A stretch of 64,000 nucleotides of DNA from Spirochaetia bacterium (GTDB lineage Bacteria; Spirochaetota; Spirochaetia; UBA9216). This document shows positions 39,846-49,432 of this stretch, piece after piece. The position numbers were made by a program, and so were the translations under genes. The notes below the pieces were generated by a model that was not told where the DNA came from, made no database searches, and worked only from the letters and a program-made list of their open reading frames with translations. The stretch spans positions 32,001-96,000 of the forward strand of contig OY776510.1 of NCBI GenBank assembly GCA_963675665.1, read 5' to 3'. Position 1 is the first letter of the stretch; each line of letters opens with the position of its first letter.

Positions 39846-41110
39846 ACCACGGTATTGTTGAAAGACTTTACTTCATCAAACATTGCTATTACATTTTCAA
39901 CGGGCGTATTTCCCACTATATTATGTATCGTATTGAAAACAAAGCCGCCTCCCGGAGACAGTATTTCAAGTCTTTCCCTCACCTCTGAACGAACTTCTTC
40001 CGGATTACCGAAAGGAAGCGTTTGCTGGGTATCCACCCCGCCGCCCCAGAAGGTCAGTTTGCCGCCGTACTCCTGTTTAAGCATTCTGCCGTCCATTCCG
40101 GCTGCACTTAGCTGGACGGGATTGAAGATATCGAAGCCGGCCTCAACAAACTCGGGCAGAAAATTGACAATTGAACCGCAGCAGTGGAAATGAGAATACC
40201 AGTTTGTATTCTCATGAACCCAGCCGTTAAGAGCAGTATAGTGCTCCTTGTAGAACTCCCTGAAATGTTCCACCGACATAAGCTCTCCCGACTGACTTCC
40301 GAAATCAGTACATGAGATATTTATGGTTGTTATTTTATCCCCAACAGCCTGCTTTATTATTTCAAGATTTTTAAATGCCAGCTCAGTCTGCCAGGAAAAT
40401 AATTCTTTCAGGTAATCCGGGTAAAGATAGTGGGCCATATACCAGTCTTCAAGTTTTCTTATACCCCGGGGATGCTTTTCCCAGGGACCGGGTATAATAG
40501 CGGCGTCACCGAATCCCCCTCCATTGAAATTGAAATGTATTGCACAGTCGGTTTTCTCAAAAAGCTCTGAGCAGCTGTTCTCTATAAACAGTGCGTCCGC
40601 ATCACTAAAAACCCCGTAAAGTTCACTGAAATCACGTACCGGATCCATATCCGACTCGTCTATTGCAGGCGCACGATCAATATTATCGAAAAAAGTCCCG
40701 CCTACCGGCAGCCGTACGCTTGGCGGCACACTGCGATCTCCCTGCGGATAAACCACGCACCCGCCGTCTTCAGTTTCATCATACTGAAAATTACCCGGCA
40801 TATTGACGGGCGTCCCGTCGGGCATTCGCCACGCTCGCCAGCTGTCAAAACGTGTGCCGAACAGAGTTCCCGGACACCATAGCGGTACTGTATCCACCCC
40901 GAGGGCCTTTCTCAAATCTTCATCTATCGTTCCAAGCAGCTGAAAGGGTTCGCATATATCTATCGGTTTATCCTTAAGCCCAAGCTCCCTCCGAAGCTGA
41001 TACAGGACGCTTGCATTTATCCCGCTCTGCCCTGAAGCCCCCAGATCAAGCGGTACCCTGTCCGGCTTTTCATGCCTGAGGGCTTTTTTTATTCGTTCTC
41101 TTGACGTCAT
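39842..41110 (-). CDS. Uroporphyrinogen-decarboxylase-family (MtaA/CmuA-like) protein
   Basis: MTSRERI...PDRVPLDLG, HFHCCG, NPVQ, FWGGGVDTQ.TLPFG, GGFVFNTIHNI. Confidence 0.85.
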   Translation of the reverse strand: MTSRERIKKALRHEKPDRVPLDLGASGQSGINASVLYQLRRELGLKDKPIDICEPFQLLGTIDEDLRKALGVDTVPLWCPGTLFGTRFDSWRAWRMPDGTPVNMPGNFQYDETEDGGCVVYPQGDRSVPPSVRLPVGGTFFDNIDRAPAIDESDMDPVRDFSELYGVFSDADALFIENSCSELFEKTDCAIHFNFNGGGFGDAAIIPGPWEKHPRGIRKLEDWYMAHYLYPDYLKELFSWQTELAFKNLEIIKQAVGDKITTINISCTDFGSQSGELMSVEHFREFYKEHYTALNGWVHENTNWYSHFHCCGSIVNFLPEFVEAGFDIFNPVQLSAAGMDGRMLKQEYGGKLTFWGGGVDTQQTLPFGNPEEVRSEVRERLEILSPGGGFVFNTIHNIVGNTPVENVIAMFDEVKSFNNTVV

Positions 41111-41241
41111 AACACCTGCCCCTTTAAAATATTCTCCTGAAGTATTTTATTGCTCATAAGATAACTACATACTAAATCATGATTAAATACAAATGAATGC
41201 ATGATATTGCATAAAAAACTGGATTATATTAATCTGATAAT

Positions 41242-42102
41242 ATGAGCAGACCGGAAGGCTTTAAAGACCAGGTTCTTCATGTTATTCCTCCTGAATTCTA
41301 TAATAATTCCGACAGATTAACAAAGCAGCTTTATATAACCGATATAGGTTACTTCCCTAAGGCAGAAGACCACTGGATCTCAAGAAATGAAGGATGTTGC
41401 TCGTCAATTTTGATAATATGTACCGGCGGCAGCGGATATCTTGAAACAAAAGACTACAACGGACGAGTCGCTCCCGGCGAGGCCGTGATTATTTCTCCGG
41501 GAATTCCTCATTCATACGGAAGTGCGGCAGGCACATTTTGGGAGATTTTCTGGGTCCATTTCAGCGGAGAGATGGCCGTGGAATTACAATACAACCTCTC
41601 AGGCAGCAAAAAGTGTTTTCCTTTCCAACTGATTCCCGGTGATGAAAGCATGGAACTTTTCAGTGAAATTTGTTCAACACTATCAGAAGGGTTAAGCCCG
41701 CTGAAATATGAATTGATATGCAGCCGGTTCTGGCATCTCGGCGGCAGCCTAACCGCTGATAAAAAACACGGCAACGGCACTTCCGCCGGCCTTGTAACAA
41801 AGTGTATGGAAGTAATAGAAGAGAACCTGAAAGGGTCTCTAAGTCTTGAACAACTCAGCAGTAAAGTCTCTGTAACCCCACAATACCTGTGCAGATTATT
41901 CAAACAAAAAACAGGTCAATCCCCTATTGAATATTATAACCAACTGAAAATACAGCGTGCACGCGGACTTCTCGATATGACTTCTCTCAGAATCAATGAG
42001 ATCAGCGCCGGCCTGGGATTTAACGACCCTTATTATTTCACCCGCGTATTCAAACGCATAATGGGAATATCACCACGCGATTACCGCAACAGACAGATAT
42101 AG
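41242..42102 (+). CDS. AraC-family regulator with cupin N-terminal domain
   Basis: LYITDIGYFP.A..H, WEIFWVHF, C-terminal DPYYFTRVFKRIMGISPRDYR; upstream TTGCAT-N17-TAATCT-N6-ATG. Confidence 0.92.
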   Translation: MSRPEGFKDQVLHVIPPEFYNNSDRLTKQLYITDIGYFPKAEDHWISRNEGCCSSILIICTGGSGYLETKDYNGRVAPGEAVIISPGIPHSYGSAAGTFWEIFWVHFSGEMAVELQYNLSGSKKCFPFQLIPGDESMELFSEICSTLSEGLSPLKYELICSRFWHLGGSLTADKKHGNGTSAGLVTKCMEVIEENLKGSLSLEQLSSKVSVTPQYLCRLFKQKTGQSPIEYYNQLKIQRARGLLDMTSLRINEISAGLGFNDPYYFTRVFKRIMGISPRDYRNRQI

Positions 42103-42161
42103 TGACACTTTTCGGGCGCTGATATATAATAACTATACGATATGGACCGACAGAAGGATAT

Positions 42162-43454
42162 ATGAAAAAGGAAAATCCGTTTTCAAAAGCTACAAGAGAC
42201 CAGAAAATCAGCTTTTCGGGATTCATGCTGCACGGTATATTCCTTGCTCTTGCAGTTACATTCACTGAAATAAATACAGTATTACCGGCATTGATAATCC
42301 AGAGCGGCGGCAGCGAAATACACATTGGCATTCTTACAACAATAATGATTGGCTTACCGCTGATTTCCCAGCTGCTTTTTTCACCCTTTCTTCAGTCCAG
42401 AAAAAGAAAAAAACCCTTTCTGCTGATTGGTATTTACGCCAGAATGACGGCATTTTACCTTATAGGTTTTCTGCTTTTCAAAGCGGAAAATTTTTCCACC
42501 GGAAGTATTTTGCTGATAGTATACTCAGGTCTTGTTTTATTCACTCTCAGCGGAGCATTTGCCGGTATAACTTACGTTTCCCTGATTGGTTCGACAATTC
42601 CTCCTTTACTGAGAAATCGTTTCTTCCTGAATAAACAGGTTTTCTGGAGTATCGGTGTATTTGTTTCCGGAATAATGACAAGGTTTATTATATCAACGGA
42701 AGGCGGGCTAACCCGGTACGGACTTCTCTTTGTGATGGCGGCATCCATGCTGGCTCTTGCATCAACAGGGTTCTGGCTTATCAGGGAAACCCCGGAGAAA
42801 AGCGCGCAGAAACATGAAAAGATATCAATATTCAAATCAATGCTGAGTATTCTCAGAACCGACAAAACCTTCAGAAATTACGCAGTAACGGCTAATCTGC
42901 TTACTACTTCTATTGTATTAATTCCGTTTTATATGAAAATATTCATCTCTTCCTATAATATCGACAATGCATTTATCGGAATAATTGTGCTTCTGCAAAC
43001 CGGCGGCATGGTCTTGTCAAATCTTATCTGGCCCCGAATTGTTTCATCATTCGGATTTAAGGGGCTGATGCGAATTCAGTCAGTACTTGGTTTTTCAATG
43101 CCGGTTTTTATTACCGCCTCCGTTATGGGAGGACTGGATTACAGAATAATTTATTTCATAGCCCTGCTTCTGGGCACAATGTCCGGCGCTTACAAGATGT
43201 CTGCAGAAGCTGTGCTGGTGCAAATCAGTCCCGATGATAAAAGAGCTCTCTATTCAGGAATTTATGGAGCCCTGAATCTAAGCTCCGCTATTTTTCCGCT
43301 TATTATCGCCGCGCTTATTTCCAACTTTCACTGGTTTGTTATTTTTCCAATTGCTTCAATACTGCCGCTGACGGCCATGGTTCCAATTAATAAAATGATA
43401 TGTCCTGTAGATATTAAAAAAGTGAAAGAAACAATCATTAAAAATAACAAATAG
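42162..43454 (+). CDS. MFS transporter
   Basis: About 12 hydrophobic segments; NTVLP, RKKPFLL, ISPDDKRALY.G. Confidence 0.8.
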   Translation: MKKENPFSKATRDQKISFSGFMLHGIFLALAVTFTEINTVLPALIIQSGGSEIHIGILTTIMIGLPLISQLLFSPFLQSRKRKKPFLLIGIYARMTAFYLIGFLLFKAENFSTGSILLIVYSGLVLFTLSGAFAGITYVSLIGSTIPPLLRNRFFLNKQVFWSIGVFVSGIMTRFIISTEGGLTRYGLLFVMAASMLALASTGFWLIRETPEKSAQKHEKISIFKSMLSILRTDKTFRNYAVTANLLTTSIVLIPFYMKIFISSYNIDNAFIGIIVLLQTGGMVLSNLIWPRIVSSFGFKGLMRIQSVLGFSMPVFITASVMGGLDYRIIYFIALLLGTMSGAYKMSAEAVLVQISPDDKRALYSGIYGALNLSSAIFPLIIAALISNFHWFVIFPIASILPLTAMVPINKMICPVDIKKVKETIIKNNK

Positions 43455-43619
43455 ATTTGGAAATATTAACAGAAAATTAACGATCCCAAAATTATAACCT
43501 AATATCAGACTGCTAAAAAGATTTATAAAAAATTAAATACAGGCAGATGCAGTTTGCCCCGATAAATATCGGAATACAGAGGATATTCTGATCAGCAGGG
43601 CGCCATCTGCAGTTTTTAA

Positions 43620-43988
43620 TTATCTTTTATAAAGATAATTCGATTCACCTGCTGAATACCATTCACGGGCAAGTATGGATAAATCGGTTATCGTATATTC
43701 CAATGTTTCAGAATCCAGAAAATTATAATCTGCTTTAATACTGAAAACCCAGAATACCGACCAGATTTTAAGTTCATTGTCATCTGAATCTATACTCCAT
43801 TTTAAACCTATAGGGGCTTCACTAATCTCGCATTTCCCGTTTTCTTCAAATACAAAGGTTGTATCCCATTCATCTTCCCAGACTCCCACAAACCTGTCGC
43901 GATCATCCTCCAGCATAAGCCCTATCATATTGCACGATGTTATTAAAACAGCAGTAAGAATAATAATAAATAATAAACTTCTTTTCAT
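43620..43988 (-). CDS. Lipoprotein, paralog 1
   Basis: MKRSLL...LITSC lipobox; GGAGG RBS; similar to 44052..44426. Confidence 0.75.
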   Translation of the reverse strand: MKRSLLFIIILTAVLITSCNMIGLMLEDDRDRFVGVWEDEWDTTFVFEENGKCEISEAPIGLKWSIDSDDNELKIWSVFWVFSIKADYNFLDSETLEYTITDLSILAREWYSAGESNYLYKR

Positions 43989-44051
43989 AGTTGCCTCCAA
44001 TTCTCTTCTTTTAAATAATATGACGACAGGCTGTGTTGTGTCAATTATTCC

Positions 44052-44426
44052 TTATCTTTTATAGAGATAGTAGGTTCTGCCTACCGAATAGCATTCACGG
44101 GCAAGAGCTGATAATTCGGTAATCGTCAGCGCAAGAGTTTCAGAGTCCTCAAAATCATAGTCCGCTTTTATATTTACCACCCACAAGGGAGACCATACTT
44201 TCAGCTCTTTGTCATCAGAGTCGATGCTCCATTTCAATCCTATAAGGAAATCGCTTATGTCGCAGCTTCCGTTTTCCTCAAACAAATAGATCTCACCTTC
44301 TTCATTCTCGTCCCAGGTTCCGATAAACATGTCACGGTCTTCTTCAAACATCAACCCTATCATGTTGCATGACGCCGTTATTACTGAAAAAAGGATTACA
44401 ATTAAAATCAATAAACTTCTTTTCAT
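44052..44426 (-). CDS. Lipoprotein, paralog 2
   Basis: MKRSLL...ITASC lipobox; shares NMIGLM, IGLKWSIDSDD.ELK, IKADY.F.DSETL and YLYKR with paralog 1. Confidence 0.75.
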   Translation of the reverse strand: MKRSLLILIVILFSVITASCNMIGLMFEEDRDMFIGTWDENEEGEIYLFEENGSCDISDFLIGLKWSIDSDDKELKVWSPLWVVNIKADYDFEDSETLALTITELSALARECYSVGRTYYLYKR

Positions 44427-44506
44427 GATCTCTCCAGAATTACATATATAAATATGATAAAGCGGTGATCCGATTTATGTCAATTATTAAAAATCAGGAG
44501 ATGATT

Positions 44507-45472
44507 TCAATTCACCCGGTAAGACGGCGATATGCCCTTAAGAACCTCAAGAACATTGCGCGCCGCCTTGGTTTTAAGCTCAACTATGGATTCTTCGCTG
44601 TACCATGCGGCGTGATCAGTCAGAGTAACATTTTCAAACTGTCTGAGCGGATTATCGTGCGGCAGAGGGTCATTGTTATAAACATCCAGACCGGCTGCCG
44701 CAATCTTTCCGCTTTCAAGGGCCCGACACAAAGCTGCCTCGTTTACTATCGGGCCGCGGGCCGTATTAATCAGAATTGCCCCGTCTTTCATCCTGGAAAA
44801 AGCCTTGTCGTCAAACATGTTAACAGTGTCCTGTTTCAGCGGACAGTGAATACTTATATAATCGCTGCGGCGCAACACTTCATCAAGGTCGGTCTTTCGG
44901 CCGCCTGCAACACCTATAAGCGCAGGATCAGTACTCGGGCTGTCTACAAGAATTTCACCGAACCCGAACCCCGAAATCTTTCTTACAAAGGTACTGCCTA
45001 TATGTCCGAACCCTATAATCCCGATTGTTCGACCTGCCATCCTGAAACAGGGCTGATCATTATGAAGGTTCCACCTGCCTTCGCGTATCTTGCGGTCGCG
45101 GTATGCCACTTTTCGTGCACAATTAAAAAGGAGCGCCAATGCATGCTCTGATGTGTCTTCCATTGAATAATCGGGAACATTGCATACGGTAATTCCCTTG
45201 TCCGATGCTGCATCTACATCCACATTGTCATAGCCGACACCGTAACGCGATATGACCTTGCATTTTTCAAGCCTGCCTATTAATTCCGCGTCAATATGAA
45301 ACAGATTGCATAAAATACCATCGGCATCATGAAGCAGATCAACTGCTTCTGCACTGCTTCCCGGGTAAGAAACCTCCGGAACTACACCGATTTCTGAAAG
45401 GACCTCAATTTCCTGATCGTAATGGTCGTAACGGTTATCAAGTATAACTACTTTATATTTATTTAAAGACAT
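44507..45472 (-). CDS. D-isomer-specific 2-hydroxyacid dehydrogenase (CtBP-like)
   Basis: RYGVGYDNVD, GIIGFGHIG, INTARG, AGLDV, TDHAAWYS. Confidence 0.92.
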   Translation of the reverse strand: MSLNKYKVVILDNRYDHYDQEIEVLSEIGVVPEVSYPGSSAEAVDLLHDADGILCNLFHIDAELIGRLEKCKVISRYGVGYDNVDVDAASDKGITVCNVPDYSMEDTSEHALALLFNCARKVAYRDRKIREGRWNLHNDQPCFRMAGRTIGIIGFGHIGSTFVRKISGFGFGEILVDSPSTDPALIGVAGGRKTDLDEVLRRSDYISIHCPLKQDTVNMFDDKAFSRMKDGAILINTARGPIVNEAALCRALESGKIAAAGLDVYNNDPLPHDNPLRQFENVTLTDHAAWYSEESIVELKTKAARNVLEVLKGISPSYRVN

Positions 45473-45586
45473 ACCCTATACATCGACATGAAAAGCATAA
45501 AACAAAAGCCCGATGCTGCCAACAAAGATTTACCCGTACTTATTGACAAAAGCCCGATTATATGGCTTTATATACAGACTTAAATC

Positions 45587-45660
45587 GGGCCTATAGCTCA
45601 GTTGGTTAGAGCACCTGACTCATAATCAGGGGGTCCTAGGTTCAAGTCCTAGTGGGCCCA
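45587..45660 (+). tRNA. tRNA with CAT anticodon, probably tRNA-Ile2 (lysidine) rather than Met; CCA not encoded
   Basis: GGGCCTA acceptor stem, CTCATAA anticodon loop, GGTTCAAGTCC T arm; C4-G69/C5-G68 pairs favour Ile2. Confidence 0.9.
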
Positions 45661-45666
45661 TTTTAC

Positions 45667-45697
45667 TACCTCCCCATTGGGGAGGTAAGTCTTTTAT
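45667..45697 (+). terminator. Terminator after the tRNA
   Basis: TACCTCCCC-ATT-GGGGAGGTA followed by T-rich tail. Confidence 0.6.
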
Positions 45698-45747
45698 TTA
45701 CAACAAAATAGAGAAGAGACTGATTCCGGATTTTCCTATTTTGTACC

Positions 45748-45773
45748 GATTCTGACATTGATTCTGACATTGA
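45748..45773 (+). repeat. 12-bp tandem repeat, candidate integrase arm-type sites
   Basis: GATTCTGACATT x2 between the tRNA and the integrase stub. Confidence 0.55.
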
Positions 45774-45798
45774 AACAGAGTCATACAGGAGGTATAAA

Positions 45799-46125
45799 AT
45801 GGAACGTCCAAAACGCCCCTATTCACTCAACAAACGCCCAACCACAAAGAAAAATAAGTTCATCTACTATGTAAGGTTCCGTCATCCGGAAACCGGGGAA
45901 TACATATCTGCTGTCTCTTCAGGAGAAACAAACAAAGCTTCAGCAGCAAACTGGGCTGACGACCAATTAAAAAAAGGACTGGTCCTTCTCCCCGGAAAGA
46001 AGAATATCACCTTTGCTCGGTATGCAGAGCAGTTCTGGGATTATGACAAGTCTCCCTACATCAGAGCAAAACTCGCCCGAGGCGGGTCCATCTCACAATA
46101 TTTATTTCGATTGTTATCGGAATAA
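45799..46125 (+). pseudogene. Tyrosine integrase, N-terminal fragment only
   Basis: PYSL.KR...IYYVRFR...SSGETNK..A..WA...ITFARYAEQFWDYDKSPYI resembles spirochaete integrase N-termini; directly downstream of a tRNA; no catalytic domain. Confidence 0.65.
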
Positions 46126-46376
46126 TAGGTGTAGTAATATCTATCATTGCTGGCTTTATTGCCTTTGGGCAATATCAGGAGCACTGGATAGAATATAGGA
46201 CAACCTGTGAGAGTCTTAAAAAGGAAAGATTGCTCTTCAAAACAAAGGTAGAACCCTATAGTGATGAAGGAGCATTTGAATTATTAGTTCAAAGAGTAGA
46301 AACTCTCATCTCAAAGGAAAATACAAACTGGGCACAATACATGATGAATAGGGAAAAAGAAGAGAAAAAACGTTGA
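46095..46376 (+). pseudogene. C-terminal half of a DUF4231 (SLATT-type) membrane protein
   Basis: Not in the ORF track. Manual translation: IFISIVIGIIGVVISIIAGFIAFGQYQEHWIEYRTTCESLKKERLLFKTKVEPYSDEGAFELLVQRVETLISKENTNW...stop. Confidence 0.75.
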
Positions 46377-46439
46377 TGAAATCAGTTTTTGAATGATAAT
46401 TACTTGATATCCGAAATTATCGAATAAAAGGGGTATGAT

Positions 46440-46856
46440 ATTTCCAGTTATGTATTTATATCTTACAATTTCAATAATCGCGAATTAGTGCATGCAATAG
46501 ATAGTCTTTTCCAAAAACAAAACGGAAAGCTCCCTGGAACACCATTGCGTATGAAAAAAAATCTTAAAGATGAATCAGACACCATTATTAAATCTGAAAT
46601 TGTAACTATGATAGAGCGTTGTAAGATTTGCATCTTTGTAGTTGGAGCTGACACACACAATAGCCCTTGGATAGATTTTGAAGCACGAAAAGCAAAGGAA
46701 TTAGGGCTTCCAATATTCTTAGTTCGATTACCAAAAGAAAAGGGTGGTCCCCCAAAAATACTCAAAGAATGCTTAATCTATGAATGGAATTCAAAATCAC
46801 TTAAAGCTGAGTTGACAAAAGCATTTCAGCTAATAAATAGGCATAAGATAAAATAG
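46440..46856 (+). CDS. TIR-domain protein (ThsB/DUF1863-like)
   Basis: Frame extends upstream of the track start to ATT-SSYVFISY after AAGGGG; IFVVG..THNSPWIDFEA with catalytic-position Glu. Confidence 0.75.
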   Translation: MSSYVFISYNFNNRELVHAIDSLFQKQNGKLPGTPLRMKKNLKDESDTIIKSEIVTMIERCKICIFVVGADTHNSPWIDFEARKAKELGLPIFLVRLPKEKGGPPKILKECLIYEWNSKSLKAELTKAFQLINRHKIK

Positions 46857-47041
46857 CTTTTATTTTGATAGTTTAATCACTCTTTCGTTTGGTAAGGCAA
46901 TAGCTGTAAAAAATAGTTGTAATTTTTCATATAGTCGTCGAAAATATAGTAATAGCGGATTTAAAAATTTTTGTTTCATTTCATTTATCTAAATATAATA
47001 TTCGCTGATTTTATGATAGCTAATAACATATAAGAGGAAAG

Positions 47042-47497
47042 ATGAACATTGTTGGAGGTTTATATCAAGAGCTCTGTATAGTTCCTGAATGGGATAAATT
47101 GCTGGGTTCTGGAGGACGAGCTGCCGCAGCAATTGCTAAATTCTCATCGGAATGTATTCTATGGTCTTACGCAAAATTGTAATCTCGAAGGAATAAAAGA
47201 ACTTGAAGCTTTAGGTGTGACTGTAAATATTAGTATACGCCAAACGCCTATTGTTTTTGCTTATTTCCATCCACTGTCTGTACCTCTAATTAAACCAACA
47301 CTAAATGAGATTCAAAACCAGAAAGAAATATTTGTAAGCGGAGATGTCGTGCTTCGTTTTGGATTTTTGGAAGGTGATGCAATTAATAAATGCCCATAGG
47401 GTTGTATATGATCCGCAAACTTGGCTGAACATTATTCCATTTAGTTCAAACGGATCTAAAGCTGATGAATTAGTATTAGTCCTTAATGAACTTGAAC
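47042..47497 (+). pseudogene. PfkB-like kinase gene with two frameshifts, truncated by IS66
   Basis: Three frames join as MNIVGGLYQELC..PEWD.LLGSGGRAAAA / FAYFHPLS.P...VLRFGFLEGDA / VVYDPQ....F.SNGS.A.EL.LVLN..E. Confidence 0.65.
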
Positions 47498-47528
47498 GTA
47501 ACCGTAAAAACAACCGCACCCTGAAAAA

Positions 47529-49040
47529 TCAGTTAAGATAAATATTCCAGGGAAGAAGCTCCTGCCAATCTTCACTGGACTTCATCAACGGAGCTTCGGT
47601 AAATACTTTTCTCAGATAAACATAAGGGTTGAGATCGTTTTGCTTTGCTGTTTCAACAAGTGAATAAATCCCGCAAGAACTCTCAGCACCTTTTGGGCTG
47701 CCGGCAAACAACCAGTTTTTCCTGCCCAACACAAACGGCCTGATAGCATTTTCACAGGCATTATTATCCGGAGTCAAATAAGGTGATTCAAGATAATTTA
47801 CAAGTTTGCTCCATTGCCCAATTGTATATGATATCGCTTTTCCGAGTTCAGTCGAAGGAACAACATTATGCTGCCTTTTCTCAAGCCAGGAACTGAACTT
47901 GGCCAATAGCGGTTCTGCCTTCTTTTTTCTTTCTGCAAGAAACTCGGGTTCACTTAAGTTTTTAGCTCTGAGTTCATTCTCTATCAAATACAGTTTCTGA
48001 ATATATTTCAGCCCTTCAGCAGCACTGCCAGGTTTCTTGGATACTCTTGATGCATCAAAGAATTTCCGTCTTGCATGAGCAAAACAACCGGCATGAATTA
48101 TATCTGGATAATCTTTCAACGCTGTAACATATGCTTCATAACCGTCAGTCTGAAGATAGCCGCTGAATCCGTCCAGAAAACTGCGAATATTCTTAGAACC
48201 CCTCGTTTCATGATATTCATATAGAATTGCAACTTGCCCCGGAGGCCCCCCTCGGGCAAGCCACATATAGGAGTTTCGAGTAGCAGGCCTATCCGGTTCA
48301 TTGTGAACCTGTATTCTCGTTTCATCCATCTGCATAACCGAACCGGTTTTCAGATGTTCTTTCATCAGTTCAAGCAGGATTATAAGAGCTTCATATGCCT
48401 GTCTTTGCCAGTTGCTCATATCCTGTCGGCTTATGCTGATCCCTATTCGCTCAAATCTCTTTTCCTGCCGGTAGAAAGGCAAATGATCTACATATTTATT
48501 TACAAGCAAAAATGCAAGGAGCTCGGGTGTTACTATGCTTTTGGGAAAGATTGTGGGAGCAGTCGGGGCTATCCGCACCGCAGGTTTATCTTCATCTCCG
48601 CTGCCTTCACAAGTCTTACAGGCATATTTGGGTCTGATGGTTCTTTCTACCCACATCTGTTCCGGTACAACTTTTATTCGTTCGGATATTTCTTCGCCTA
48701 TTCTAACCAGTTCTGCTCCGCAAGCGCATTTCTTCTCTTCTTCGGGTATATCAATAAGGATTTCTTCACGGGGAAGATTCTCGTTTATCTTCTTTCGACC
48801 AGGTTTCTTTTTGGTATAGGATTCTACCTTCTGAGTTTCAGATTCTTCTTCGGGAGCAATATCCGGTTCACTATCAAAAAGTAATATCTGAGCGGCTGTG
48901 TCTTTCTCGCTGGAACGATTATATTTCTTGAACAATTCAAGCTTGAAACGCTCTTCCAGCGCCTGGTATTTCGTTGCCCATTTTCGTTCAATATCTTTGA
49001 TGTATTGCTGTACTTCTTCAGGAAGCTTTTCAACATCCAT
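47529..49040 (-). CDS. tnpC: IS66 transposase TnpC
   Basis: Cys-rich zinc-finger region, HLPFYRQ, MDET, LQTDGY, CFAHARRKF, DNNACENAIRP, GRKNWLF. Confidence 0.95.
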   Translation of the reverse strand: MDVEKLPEEVQQYIKDIERKWATKYQALEERFKLELFKKYNRSSEKDTAAQILLFDSEPDIAPEEESETQKVESYTKKKPGRKKINENLPREEILIDIPEEEKKCACGAELVRIGEEISERIKVVPEQMWVERTIRPKYACKTCEGSGDEDKPAVRIAPTAPTIFPKSIVTPELLAFLLVNKYVDHLPFYRQEKRFERIGISISRQDMSNWQRQAYEALIILLELMKEHLKTGSVMQMDETRIQVHNEPDRPATRNSYMWLARGGPPGQVAILYEYHETRGSKNIRSFLDGFSGYLQTDGYEAYVTALKDYPDIIHAGCFAHARRKFFDASRVSKKPGSAAEGLKYIQKLYLIENELRAKNLSEPEFLAERKKKAEPLLAKFSSWLEKRQHNVVPSTELGKAISYTIGQWSKLVNYLESPYLTPDNNACENAIRPFVLGRKNWLFAGSPKGAESSCGIYSLVETAKQNDLNPYVYLRKVFTEAPLMKSSEDWQELLPWNIYLN

Positions 49041-49084
49041 ATCTTAAGTCTAGCATTTTTTGATCCGAGGGTAAATTCCTTATA

Positions 49085-49432
49085 CTATGTTATTTCAGAA
49101 TATTTTAATTCTGTATGAGCATTCCAGAAATCTATACCCTTTAGAAGCATGTCAAGCTCAGTCTGCTTCAGCTCTATTGCATCCTGATTATTTTTCGGCC
49201 ATGGAAAGCGATGTTTTTCAAGTTTCTTCTGCCATAAACAAAACCCGTTTTTATCCCAATAGAGAGCTTTCAAATTCCGTCTCTCTTTATTGCAAAATAA
49301 AAATAGATTGCCTGATAGTGGATCTGATTCAAGCTCATCAGCTACTATCATAGATAAGCCATTTATTGCTTTTCTCATATCGGTACTGCCTGGTTTTATG
49401 AATATCTTTATCTTGGAGAAATCAGGAAACAC
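49085..49432 (-). CDS. tnpB: IS66 accessory protein TnpB
   Basis: TDMRKAINGL, LFLFCN, YWDKNGFCLWQKKLE, FPWP; GTG start at 49432. Confidence 0.93.
   Translation of the reverse strand: MFPDFSKIKIFIKPGSTDMRKAINGLSMIVADELESDPLSGNLFLFCNKERRNLKALYWDKNGFCLWQKKLEKHRFPWPKNNQDAIELKQTELDMLLKGIDFWNAHTELKYSEIT

Noticed and set aside
43543-43612. Imperfect long stem (GCAGATG...CATCTGC) between convergent genes
   Set aside because: Most simply a terminator-like structure; no riboswitch or ncRNA hallmark recognised
44465-45151. 228-aa plus-strand ORF
   Set aside because: Antisense shadow of the 2-hydroxyacid dehydrogenase
45551-45591. GCCCGATT/AATCGGGC inverted repeat overlapping the tRNA 5' end; TTGACA at 45543
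   Set aside because: Short, and no clean -10 at 17 bp; cannot distinguish from chance
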